From the NCBI GenBank assembly GCA_052390515.1, contig JBQTGV010000156.1, positions 1-12,046 of the forward strand: 12,046 nt of DNA, read 5' to 3'. Positions within the stretch are counted from its first letter, which is position 1. Every line of letters starts with the position of its first letter. The position numbers and the translations under genes are program-made. The stretch is from Candidatus Eiseniibacteriota bacterium. Lineage in GTDB: Bacteria; ARS69. Below the pieces are notes generated by a model that saw only the letters and a list, made by a program, of their open reading frames with translations, was not told where the DNA came from and did no database searches. Below are positions 1 through 7,352 of the stretch, one piece after another.

Positions 1-28
1 CACCGACAAAGCCGCCCCACACAACCTG

Positions 29-1765
29 GTGGAAGGGCCGTCCGAAGGGTGGGGCGACGAAGACAACGACGGCGACCTTGACATCCTGCTCACGGGCCGG
101 GCCGTGACGACCACCGGCAAGTACATCGCCAAGGTGTACCGGAGCAGCGGCGGTCCGAGCCCGACGTTCACCGAGGCCGCTCTGATCCCCGGCGTCTCCA
201 ACGGCCCGGCCGTCTGGGGCGAGTACGACAACGACGGCTACCTGGACATCCTGTCCACCGGCTCCCTCTACGAGGGGTGCGCCATCGGCTGGGTGTTCCG
301 CAGCAGCGGCGGCGCCGACCCGACGTTCGGCTACGTCGACGCCGGGATCACGGGCGTGTACGACGGCTCGGTCGCGTGGGGTGACCACGACAACGACGGA
401 GATCTCGACATTCTGCTCACGGGAGTCGAGAACGCCTTTCTCCCCGCCGTCTCGAAGGTGTACCGGAACGATGGCGACGCGAGCTCCGCGTTCCGCGACA
501 TCTCGGCCGGCTTGCCGGGAGTACAGCAGGGCTCGGGTACGTGGGGCGATTACGACAACGACCGTGATCTCGACATTCTGCTCACCGGCACGGGGGGAAC
601 CGACGTCTACCGGAACGATGGCGGCGTGAGTCCGACGTTCACTGCAACGAGCTCCGGGCTCTCCGACCTGGGTAACGGTAGCTCGGGTTCGTTCGGGGAC
701 CTCGATGGCGACGGCGATCTGGACATTCTCCTGACCGGCGAGGCAGGCTCGAACGGCGTGGCCATCGTCTACGAGCGCGACGCAGGCTTCTACTCGTCGA
801 TCGACAACCTGCTCGGAGGGCGAAACGGCACCGGGGCGTGGGGAGACTACGACAACGACGGCGACCTGGACGCCCTGGTCGTCGGCTACGACATCTTTCA
901 GGGGAGCATCACGCGCGTCTACCGGAACGACCCGGGACCGTTCCCTGCGTCGCCCCCTCAGTTCAACAACATAGGCGCCGGGCTGCCCGGGGTGGGCGAG
1001 TACCCTCGCGGGGCGGCTGCCTGGGGCGACTACGACAACGACGGCGACCTGGACCTCCTGCTCGCCGGCAATAGCGATCAGAGCCCCTTCATCATCACAC
1101 GCGTCTACCGGAACGATGCCCCCACCGCGAACACGCCGCCGACCGCGCCGACGAACCTCTCCGTGAACGTGGTCGGGGCGACGGCGACGTTCAGCTGGAG
1201 CGCCGCGACGGATGCGCAGACGCCGGCCGGCGGTCTCAGCTACAACCTGCGCGTCGGCACGGCTCCGGGCCTCGGGGACATCGTCTCGCCGATGGCCGAC
1301 GCCGCTACGGGGTTCCGCCGCGCGCCGGCGCTCGGTAACGCGGGAGTGACGACGAGCTGGACGATCCAGCTCCCGAGCGCGGGGCCGTACTGGTGGAGCG
1401 TGCAGGCGATCGACGGCGCCTTCGCAGGATCGCCCTTCGCGCCCGATGCCGCCACCGGAGCGACCAGAGTGGAGGTCCGGGACGACGCCCCCGCGGCCGC
1501 CCTCACCCGCGCGCCCAACCCCTTCTCGCACGCGACGACGATCCGGTTCAGCCAGGACGACCGCGGGCCGGTGGCGCTTCGCATCTATGACGTGGCGGGC
1601 CGCCGCTTGCGCACGCTCGACGATGGCGAGCTGCCGGCGGGGCAGTTCACGCGAACCTGGGACGGCCGCGACGACTCCGGCCGGCCGGTCCCGTCGGGCA
1701 TCTACTTCGCGCGGCTGGAGACGTCGGCCTCCCTGAAGTCGGAGAAGATCACCCTGGTGCGATAG
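29..1765 (+). CDS. FG-GAP/VCBS-like repeat (beta-propeller) protein with FN3-like domain and C-terminal FlgD-Ig/T9SS type A sorting-like domain; probably 5'-partial
   Basis: Seven [WF]G[DE]xDxDxxLD motifs start at nt 50, 215, 377, 542, 692, 839 and 1022. They are followed by NTPPTAPTNLSV…FSWSAATD…SYNLRVG…YWWSVQAID (FN3-like) and PNPFSHATTIRF…LRIYDVAGRRLRTL…WDGRDDSGRPVPSGIYFARL…KITLVR. The frame is open from nt 2 and no signal peptide is present, so the true start is probably upstream of the window. Confidence 0.85.
   Translation: MEGPSEGWGDEDNDGDLDILLTGRAVTTTGKYIAKVYRSSGGPSPTFTEAALIPGVSNGPAVWGEYDNDGYLDILSTGSLYEGCAIGWVFRSSGGADPTFGYVDAGITGVYDGSVAWGDHDNDGDLDILLTGVENAFLPAVSKVYRNDGDASSAFRDISAGLPGVQQGSGTWGDYDNDRDLDILLTGTGGTDVYRNDGGVSPTFTATSSGLSDLGNGSSGSFGDLDGDGDLDILLTGEAGSNGVAIVYERDAGFYSSIDNLLGGRNGTGAWGDYDNDGDLDALVVGYDIFQGSITRVYRNDPGPFPASPPQFNNIGAGLPGVGEYPRGAAAWGDYDNDGDLDLLLAGNSDQSPFIITRVYRNDAPTANTPPTAPTNLSVNVVGATATFSWSAATDAQTPAGGLSYNLRVGTAPGLGDIVSPMADAATGFRRAPALGNAGVTTSWTIQLPSAGPYWWSVQAIDGAFAGSPFAPDAATGATRVEVRDDAPAAALTRAPNPFSHATTIRFSQDDRGPVALRIYDVAGRRLRTLDDGELPAGQFTRTWDGRDDSGRPVPSGIYFARLETSASLKSEKITLVR
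50..1116 (+). repeat. Intragenic FG-GAP-like coding repeats (7 units, ~150-180 nt period)
   Basis: Exact DNA duplications: GATCTCGACATTCTGCTCAC at 401-420 and 566-585; GACTACGACAACGACGGCGACCTGGAC at 845-871 and 1028-1054. Near-exact ATCAC(G/A)CGCGTCTACCGGAACGA at 908-930 and 1094-1116. Confidence 0.85.
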
Positions 1766-1789
1766 TCGGCCGGCACGGTGTCCAGTTCC

Positions 1790-1835
1790 GCGGGCCGGCG
1801 TCGCCGGGAGGAAGGAGCGACGCTCGCCGGCCCGC
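1790..1835 (+). terminator. GC-rich stem-loop downstream of the FG-GAP gene (possible terminator or 3' stabilising hairpin)
   Basis: GCGGGCCGGCG (1790-1800) is the exact reverse complement of CGCCGGCCCGC (1825-1835). Inner TCGC (1801-1804) can pair with GCGA (1817-1820). It starts 25 nt after the stop codon. There is no U-tract, so function is uncertain. Confidence 0.4.
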
Positions 1836-1874
1836 CGGGGAGCGAGACCCGAGTCGTCGAGGGCGGACCGCTCC

Positions 1875-1903
1875 TTGATCCGGGCCGCACGCGCGGCTAG
1901 GGT
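1875..1903 (+). promoter_or_regulatory. Putative sigma70-type promoter for the kinase-propeller ORF
   Basis: TTGATC (1875-1880), 17-nt spacer, TAGGGT (1898-1903). Followed by SD-like GAGAGG (1923-1928) and TTG start at 1939. Confidence 0.45.
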
Positions 1904-1938
1904 CTCCGCACCACGGTCGCGCGAGAGGTCTCCCGGCA

Positions 1939-3522
1939 TTGGACTCGACCCACTGGCAGCGCCTCGAGGGGATCTTCTTGGAGGCCCTCGAGAAGGACGC
2001 CGCAGAGCTCCCCTCCTTCCTCGACCGCGCCGCCGGCGGCGACGCGGAGCTCCGCGCCGAGGTCGAGGAGATGCTCGCCGCTCACTCCGGAGCCGAACGT
2101 CTCGCCATCGAGTCCATGCTGAGCGAAGGCGACGCCGACCGCGCGCCGGCCGTCACTCACGCCGGGCCCTTCCGTCTCGTCGAGCGCATCGGCCGCGGCG
2201 GCATGGGCGAAGTCTTCCGCGCCGAGCGGGACGACGGGCAGTTCGAGCAGACCGTCGCGGTGAAGCTCATCCGCACCGGAATCGCCACGCCGGAGTTGCT
2301 GCGCCGCTTCCGCGCAGAGCGGCAGATCCTCGCGCGGCTGCAGCATCCGCACATCGCCCGGCTGCACGACGGCGGTGTCACCGACGGCGGCCTCCCCTGG
2401 CTCGCCATGGAGCACGTCGCCGGGCGAACCATCACCGAGCACTGCGAGGCGCAGGGGCTCCCCGTCGAAGCTCGGCTCGCGCTGTTCGCCGCCGTCTGCC
2501 GGGTCGTGCAGTACGCGCACCAGAACCTCGTCGTACACCGGGATCTCAAGCCGTCGAACATCCTCGTCACTGCATCCGGGGAACCGAAGCTGCTGGACTT
2601 CGGCGTGGCCAAGCTGCTCGAGGCGGAGGACGCCGGACCCGCCGCCACCACGCGCACCGTCCTCGAGCTGATGACCCCGCGCTACGCGGGCGGCGCCTGG
2701 TCGTCGCTGAGCTCGTCGAGCATCGCTCCGAACACCTTGAACGACGTTTGGACCTTCGACGAGGACTTCGCCGTGGGCGTCGGCGAGAACGGCGCCGTCG
2801 TGCAGCGCGGCCCCTCGGGCTGGTTCGACGTCGTGCACGGCCTCACCACGGAGGATTTGTGGGGCATCTGGGCATCCGGCCCGGGCGACATCTGGGCCGT
2901 CGGCAGCGGCGGCGTCGTCCTGCACGGCGACGGCTCGACGTGGAGCCTCGTCGACACCGGCCCCGACGACTTCGATCACTACGGCGTCGGCGGCAACGCG
3001 CCGGACAACGTATGGGTCGTCGGCGCCGATGCGCTCTGGCACTGGGACGGAGCCGCCTGGACCAACCGCTTCCAGGAGCTGCCGGACACATCGTCTTCGT
3101 ACAACAAGGTGTGGGTGGCGCCGACGGGGGACGTGTTCATCGTCGGAGACGACTTCGTGCACTTCGACGGGGCCGCCTGGGAGCGCATCCCCGTCAAGGC
3201 CGCCAGCGGTGGGGCGTACCTCTACGACGTCTGGGGAGCCTCGGCGAACGACGTGTGGGTGACCGGCTACCCTGGCGTCTTCCACTGGGACGGGACGGAG
3301 GCCACGCTGCGCTGGTTCACCGGCTCCGACGATCCCGTGGCGATCACCGGCACGAGCGGCCGAAACATCGTGGCCTGCGGAGACGGCGGGGTGGTGCAGT
3401 TCGCCGACGGAGTTCCCGCGCAGTTTCCCGCCGGGGGCGGCGACCTGGTCGGCGCCGGCACCGGCGTGGACGGCGTCACCTACCTCGTCGGGGCCGACGG
3501 AGCGATCGTGCGGGTGGAGTGA
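1939..3522 (+). CDS. Chimeric protein: C-terminally incomplete Hanks-type Ser/Thr protein kinase fused in frame to a 7-repeat beta-propeller-like (WD40/YVTN/BNR-like) domain; possibly a pseudogene or deletion product
   Basis: Kinase motifs GRGGMGEV, VAVKLI, FRAERQILARLQHPHIARL, HRDLKPSNIL and DFG are present. The sequence then reads LMTPRYA|GGAW with no SPE or DxxSLG. From ~2737 come repeats such as LWGIWASGPGDIWAVGSGGVVLHGDGSTW and LYDVWGASANDVWVTGYPGVFHWDG. Confidence 0.8.
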   Translation: MDSTHWQRLEGIFLEALEKDAAELPSFLDRAAGGDAELRAEVEEMLAAHSGAERLAIESMLSEGDADRAPAVTHAGPFRLVERIGRGGMGEVFRAERDDGQFEQTVAVKLIRTGIATPELLRRFRAERQILARLQHPHIARLHDGGVTDGGLPWLAMEHVAGRTITEHCEAQGLPVEARLALFAAVCRVVQYAHQNLVVHRDLKPSNILVTASGEPKLLDFGVAKLLEAEDAGPAATTRTVLELMTPRYAGGAWSSLSSSSIAPNTLNDVWTFDEDFAVGVGENGAVVQRGPSGWFDVVHGLTTEDLWGIWASGPGDIWAVGSGGVVLHGDGSTWSLVDTGPDDFDHYGVGGNAPDNVWVVGADALWHWDGAAWTNRFQELPDTSSSYNKVWVAPTGDVFIVGDDFVHFDGAAWERIPVKAASGGAYLYDVWGASANDVWVTGYPGVFHWDGTEATLRWFTGSDDPVAITGTSGRNIVACGDGGVVQFADGVPAQFPAGGGDLVGAGTGVDGVTYLVGADGAIVRVE

Positions 3523-3540
3523 GCTGGGCGGGCGCCCCGC

Positions 3541-3569
3541 TTGCCCCCGCCGCAAGTCTTTGCTAGCGT
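3541..3569 (+). promoter_or_regulatory. Putative sigma70-type promoter of the pyrimidine catabolism operon, with extended -10 and overlapping palindrome
   Basis: TTGCCC (3541-3546), 17-nt spacer, TGc-TAGCGT (TG at 3561-3562, -10 at 3564-3569). CTTGC-N7-GCAAG inverted repeat at 3540-3556. Strong SD (AAGGAGG) precedes the ATG at 3600. Confidence 0.55.
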
Positions 3570-3599
3570 GCACCTTTCGCCCTCGGAAGGAGGCACGTC

Positions 3600-5063
3600 A
3601 TGGCGGTCGGAACAGGGGTCGAGCGGCTCCAGGACTATGTCGGCGGCCGGTGGGTCGGTTCCCGGGCCGGCGAGTTCCGCCCGGTGCGGAACCCGGCCAC
3701 CGGTGAGACCGTCGCCGAGGTGCCGATGGGGGGCGCGGATGACGTGGACCGCGCGGTGCAGGCCGCCCATGCCGCCTTCCCCAAGTGGCGGGAGACCCCG
3801 CCGGTCGCCCGCGCCCGCCACCTCTTCGCGCTGAAGCAGCTCCTCGAGGAAAACGCCGACGAGCTCGCCCGCATCGTCACGACCGAGAACGGAAAGACGC
3901 TCCCCGAGGCGCGGGGCAGCGTGCGGCGCGGCATCGAGTGCGTGGAGGTCGCCGCCGGTGCGCCATCCCTCTTGATGGGCATGGCGATCGAGGACGTGGC
4001 CACCGGGATCGACTGCGAGTCCGTCCGCCAGCCGCTCGGCGTCTTCGCCTGCATCGCGCCGTTCAACTTCCCGGCGATGGTCCCGCTGTGGTTCTACCCG
4101 TTCGCGGTGGCGTGCGGGAACACGTTCGTGTGCAAGCCCTCCGAGCAGGTGCCGCTCTCGCAGCGCTTCATCTTCCGGCTCATCGAGCGCGCCGGCTTCC
4201 CGCCGGGGGTCTTGAACCTCGTGAACGGCGGCAAGGACGCGGTCAACGCGCTGCTGGTGCACCCGCTGGTGCGCGGCGTGTCTTTCGTCGGATCGAGCCC
4301 CGTGGCGGAGCACGTGTACCGGACCGCCGCCGCGCACGGAAAGCGCGTGCAGGCGCTCGGCGGAGCGAAGAACTTCCTCGTGGTGATGCCCGACGCGGAC
4401 ATGGATAAGGCGCTCGACGCGGTCGCCGAGTCGGCGTACGGCTGTGCCGGCGAGCGCTGCCTCGCCGGGAGCGTCGTGCTGGCCGTCGGCGGCTGCCACG
4501 ACCGCGTGCGGGCGGGGCTGGCCGAGCGCGCGAAGAAGCTCCGCGTCGGTGACGGCACGAAACCCGACACGGACATGGGCCCGGTCATTTCCGAGCCGCA
4601 CCGCGAGAAGGTCGCCGGCTACATCGAGAAGGGTGTGGCCGAGGGCGCCGACCTCGTCGTCGACGGGCGGAAGCACCCGGCGCGCGGCGGCAAGGGGTTC
4701 TTCCTCGGACCGTCGCTCTTCGACGACGTCCGCCCCGACATGGTCATCGCCAAAGAAGAGATCTTCGGGCCCGTGCTCTGTCTGTCCGAGGCGAAGACTC
4801 TGGACGACGCGCTCGCGGTGATCGCCGCGCATCCGCTGGCCAACGCCAGCTCCATCTTCACGACGAGCGGCAAGCACGCGCGGGATTTCAAGTACCGCGT
4901 CGAGGCCAGCATGACCGGCGTGAACATCGGCGTGGCGGCGCCCATGTCGTTCTTCGGATTCGGCGGCGCGAAGGGCTCCTTCTTCGGTGACCTCAAGGCC
5001 CACGGCCGGGAAGCCTTCGACTTCTTCACCGACAAGAAGATCGTCATCTCGCGCTGGAGCTGA
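3600..5063 (+). CDS. mmsA: CoA-acylating methylmalonate/malonate-semialdehyde dehydrogenase
   Basis: ALDH fold with MMSDH signatures IAPFNFPAMVPLW, KPSEQVP, SFVGSS, GKRVQALGGAKN, catalytic GCAGERCLA, EEIFGPVL and GVNIGVAAPMSFFGFGGAKGSFFGDL. 487 aa. Confidence 0.95.
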   Translation: MAVGTGVERLQDYVGGRWVGSRAGEFRPVRNPATGETVAEVPMGGADDVDRAVQAAHAAFPKWRETPPVARARHLFALKQLLEENADELARIVTTENGKTLPEARGSVRRGIECVEVAAGAPSLLMGMAIEDVATGIDCESVRQPLGVFACIAPFNFPAMVPLWFYPFAVACGNTFVCKPSEQVPLSQRFIFRLIERAGFPPGVLNLVNGGKDAVNALLVHPLVRGVSFVGSSPVAEHVYRTAAAHGKRVQALGGAKNFLVVMPDADMDKALDAVAESAYGCAGERCLAGSVVLAVGGCHDRVRAGLAERAKKLRVGDGTKPDTDMGPVISEPHREKVAGYIEKGVAEGADLVVDGRKHPARGGKGFFLGPSLFDDVRPDMVIAKEEIFGPVLCLSEAKTLDDALAVIAAHPLANASSIFTTSGKHARDFKYRVEASMTGVNIGVAAPMSFFGFGGAKGSFFGDLKAHGREAFDFFTDKKIVISRWS

Positions 5064-5082
5064 GCGCCCTCGGGAGGCTGAC

Positions 5083-5955
5083 ATGAGCAGGATCGTCCGC
5101 GGCGGCCTGATCCAGTGCTCGAATCCGGTGAACGATCCCAAGCGGTCGGTCCCGGAGATCCGCCAGGCGGCGCACGAGAAGCACCTTCCGCTGATCGCCG
5201 AGGCGGCGAAGAAGCAGGTGCAGATCCTCTGCCTGCAGGAGCTCTACAACGGCCCGTACTTCTGCCCCAGCCAGGACGCTCGCTGGTGCGACATCGCCGA
5301 GTCGGTGCCCGGGCCGACGGTCGAGGAGTTCCGGGCGCTGGCCGCGAAGCATGGCATGGTCATCATCGTGCCGCTCTACGAGCGCGAGCAGGCCGGCGTG
5401 TACTACAACTCCGCCGCCGTGATCGACGCCGACGGGAAGTACCTCGGAAAGTACCGCAAGAACCACATCCCGCACACCTCCGGGTTCTGGGAGAAGTACT
5501 TCTTCAAGCCCGGGAACCTCGGCTATCCGGTGTTCGACACGGCCTTCGCGCGGATCGGCGTGTACATCTGCTACGACCGGCACTTCCCCGAGGGGGCGCG
5601 GCTTCTCGGGTTGCGCGGCGCGGAGATCGTCTTCAACCCCTCTGCCACCGTCGCCGGGCTCTCGCAGTACTTGTGGAAGCTGGAGCAGCCGGCGCACGCC
5701 GTCGCCAACGGCTACTTCATGGGCTGCATCAACCGCGTCGGCACGGAAGCACCGTGGAACATCGGCAAGTTCTACGGCCACTCCTATTTCGTCGATCCGC
5801 GCGGGCGGATCCTCGCCGAAGCGTCCGAGGACGGTGACGAGCTGGTCGTGGCCGACCTGAACCTCGACACGATCGAGGAGGTTCGCCGCGTGTGGCAGTT
5901 CTACCGCGACCGGCGCCCCGAGACGTACGACGAGATGACCTCGCTCCTGCCATGA
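5083..5955 (+). CDS. Nitrilase-superfamily beta-ureidopropionase (N-carbamoyl-beta-alanine amidohydrolase)
   Basis: Glu-Lys-Cys triad in CLQELY, YRKNHIP and ICYDRHFPE; GFWEKYFFKPGN, FNPSAT and WQFYRDRRPETY. Start reassigned to ATG 5083, after GGGAGG and 19 nt beyond the mmsA stop; 290 aa. Operon context supports the substrate call. Confidence 0.9.
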   Translation: MSRIVRGGLIQCSNPVNDPKRSVPEIRQAAHEKHLPLIAEAAKKQVQILCLQELYNGPYFCPSQDARWCDIAESVPGPTVEEFRALAAKHGMVIIVPLYEREQAGVYYNSAAVIDADGKYLGKYRKNHIPHTSGFWEKYFFKPGNLGYPVFDTAFARIGVYICYDRHFPEGARLLGLRGAEIVFNPSATVAGLSQYLWKLEQPAHAVANGYFMGCINRVGTEAPWNIGKFYGHSYFVDPRGRILAEASEDGDELVVADLNLDTIEEVRRVWQFYRDRRPETYDEMTSLLP

Positions 5956-7352
5956 GCCTCCTGATCAAGAGCGGCACCGTCGTCACCGCGCTCGACGAGC
6001 GGCAGGCCGACGTGCGCTGCGACGGCGGGAAGATCGTCGCCGTCGGCCCGGACCTCGAGAAGCACTCCGGCGACGAGGTCATCGACGCCTCCGGGCAATT
6101 CGTCTTCCCCGGCGGAGTGGACCCGCACGTGCACATGGCGCTCCCCTTCATGGGCACCGTCTCGATGGACGACTTCGAGACCGGAGGCGCGGCCGGCGTG
6201 GCCGGAGGCACCACCACGTTCATCGACTTCGTGATCCCCGGCCGCGGCGACGACATGCTGCAGGTGCTGGAGTCTTGGCGGACCAAGTCGAAGACGGCCA
6301 CGTGCGACTACACTTACCACATGGCCGTGACCTGGTGGAGCGGCGGCCAAGAAGAACACCTGGCGAAGTGCGTCGAGCAGGGCATCACGTCCATCAAGGT
6401 GTTCCTGGCCTACCGCGGCGCGATCGGAATCGACGACACCGAGCTCATCCACGCCATGGCAGCGGCGGCGAAGCTCGGCATGGTCGTCACCGTGCATGCC
6501 GAGCACGGCGAGATGATCGTAGAACTGCAGAACCGGCTGGCGGCCGAGGGCAAGACCGGGCCGCGCTGGCACGAGCCTTCGCGCCCGGCGGCCGTCGAGG
6601 GCGAGGCCACGAACCGCGTGCTCATGCTCGCCGAACAGTGCGGCGCCGTGCCCTACATCGTGCACATGACCTGTCGCCAGGCGGTGAAGGCGCTGGCCGA
6701 GGCCCGCGAGCGCGGGCAGAAGTGCTTCGGCGAGACGTGCCCGCAGTACCTGCTGCTCGACGACTCGGTGTACCGCCTCCCGGGATTCGACAGCGCGAAG
6801 TACGTGATGTCGCCGCCCATTCGCCCCGCGGGACATTCGCCCGTGCTGTGGGCCGCGCTGCAGGCCGGCATCCTGCAGACCGTAGGCACCGATCACATCA
6901 CGTTCAGTCGCAAGCAGAAGGAGATGGGCAAAGACGACTTCCGCATGATTCCGAACGGCGCGGGCGGAATCCAGGACCGGCTCTCCCTGCTGTGGCATCA
7001 CGGCGTGCGCACCGGTCGGCTCGACCGGCAGCAGTTCGTCGACCTCGTGTCCACGCGGGCAGCGAAGATCTTCGACCTGTATCCGCGAAAGGGCTCTCTC
7101 GCAGAGGGCGCCGATGCCGACATCGTGGTGTGGGATCCGGAAGGCTCCCGCACCATTTCGGCGAAGACCCACTTCCACAAGAACGACGAGAGCATCTTCG
7201 AGGGATTCCAGGTGACCGGCGTGCCCTCGACGGTCATCGTGGGCGGCCGCATCGGTTACCGTGACGGCGACTTGCGCGTGCAGCGCGGCAGCGGACGCTT
7301 TCTCGCCCGGAAGCCGGGCACGGCGAAGCTCGCCGGAAGGAGCGCATCATGA
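5952..7352 (+). CDS. hydA: Dihydropyrimidinase (D-hydantoinase)
   Basis: Amidohydrolase motifs PGGVDPHVH, AGGTTTFIDF, SIKVFLAY (carbamylated Lys), VHAE, YIVH, GETCPQYL, YVMSPP and GTDH. Start ATG 5952 overlaps the upstream TGA (ATGA); 466 aa. Confidence 0.95.
   Translation: MSLLIKSGTVVTALDERQADVRCDGGKIVAVGPDLEKHSGDEVIDASGQFVFPGGVDPHVHMALPFMGTVSMDDFETGGAAGVAGGTTTFIDFVIPGRGDDMLQVLESWRTKSKTATCDYTYHMAVTWWSGGQEEHLAKCVEQGITSIKVFLAYRGAIGIDDTELIHAMAAAAKLGMVVTVHAEHGEMIVELQNRLAAEGKTGPRWHEPSRPAAVEGEATNRVLMLAEQCGAVPYIVHMTCRQAVKALAEARERGQKCFGETCPQYLLLDDSVYRLPGFDSAKYVMSPPIRPAGHSPVLWAALQAGILQTVGTDHITFSRKQKEMGKDDFRMIPNGAGGIQDRLSLLWHHGVRTGRLDRQQFVDLVSTRAAKIFDLYPRKGSLAEGADADIVVWDPEGSRTISAKTHFHKNDESIFEGFQVTGVPSTVIVGGRIGYRDGDLRVQRGSGRFLARKPGTAKLAGRSAS

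Noticed and set aside
50-1116. CRISPR array or DGR template/variable repeat interpretation of the DNA repeats
   Set aside because: The repeats are in-frame protein motifs with ~150-180 nt period and imperfect identity. There are no cas or reverse transcriptase genes and no adenine-specific mismatch pattern.
2680-2760. Frameshift that could restore the missing kinase C-lobe
   Set aside because: The other + frames read RAAPGRR* and ALRGRRLVVAELVEH…, with no SPE or DxxSLG, so the C-lobe is absent rather than shifted.
1875-3573. Long overlapping ORFs 1875..3566 (+) and 1897..3573 (-)
   Set aside because: Arg/Pro-rich or antisense shadow frames of a GC-rich gene with no recognisable motifs. The TTG at 1875 is better explained as a -35 box.
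6883-6906. GTDHITF in hydA instead of the common TDHCPF
   Set aside because: The catalytic Asp and all metal ligands are retained; this is within plausible family variation.
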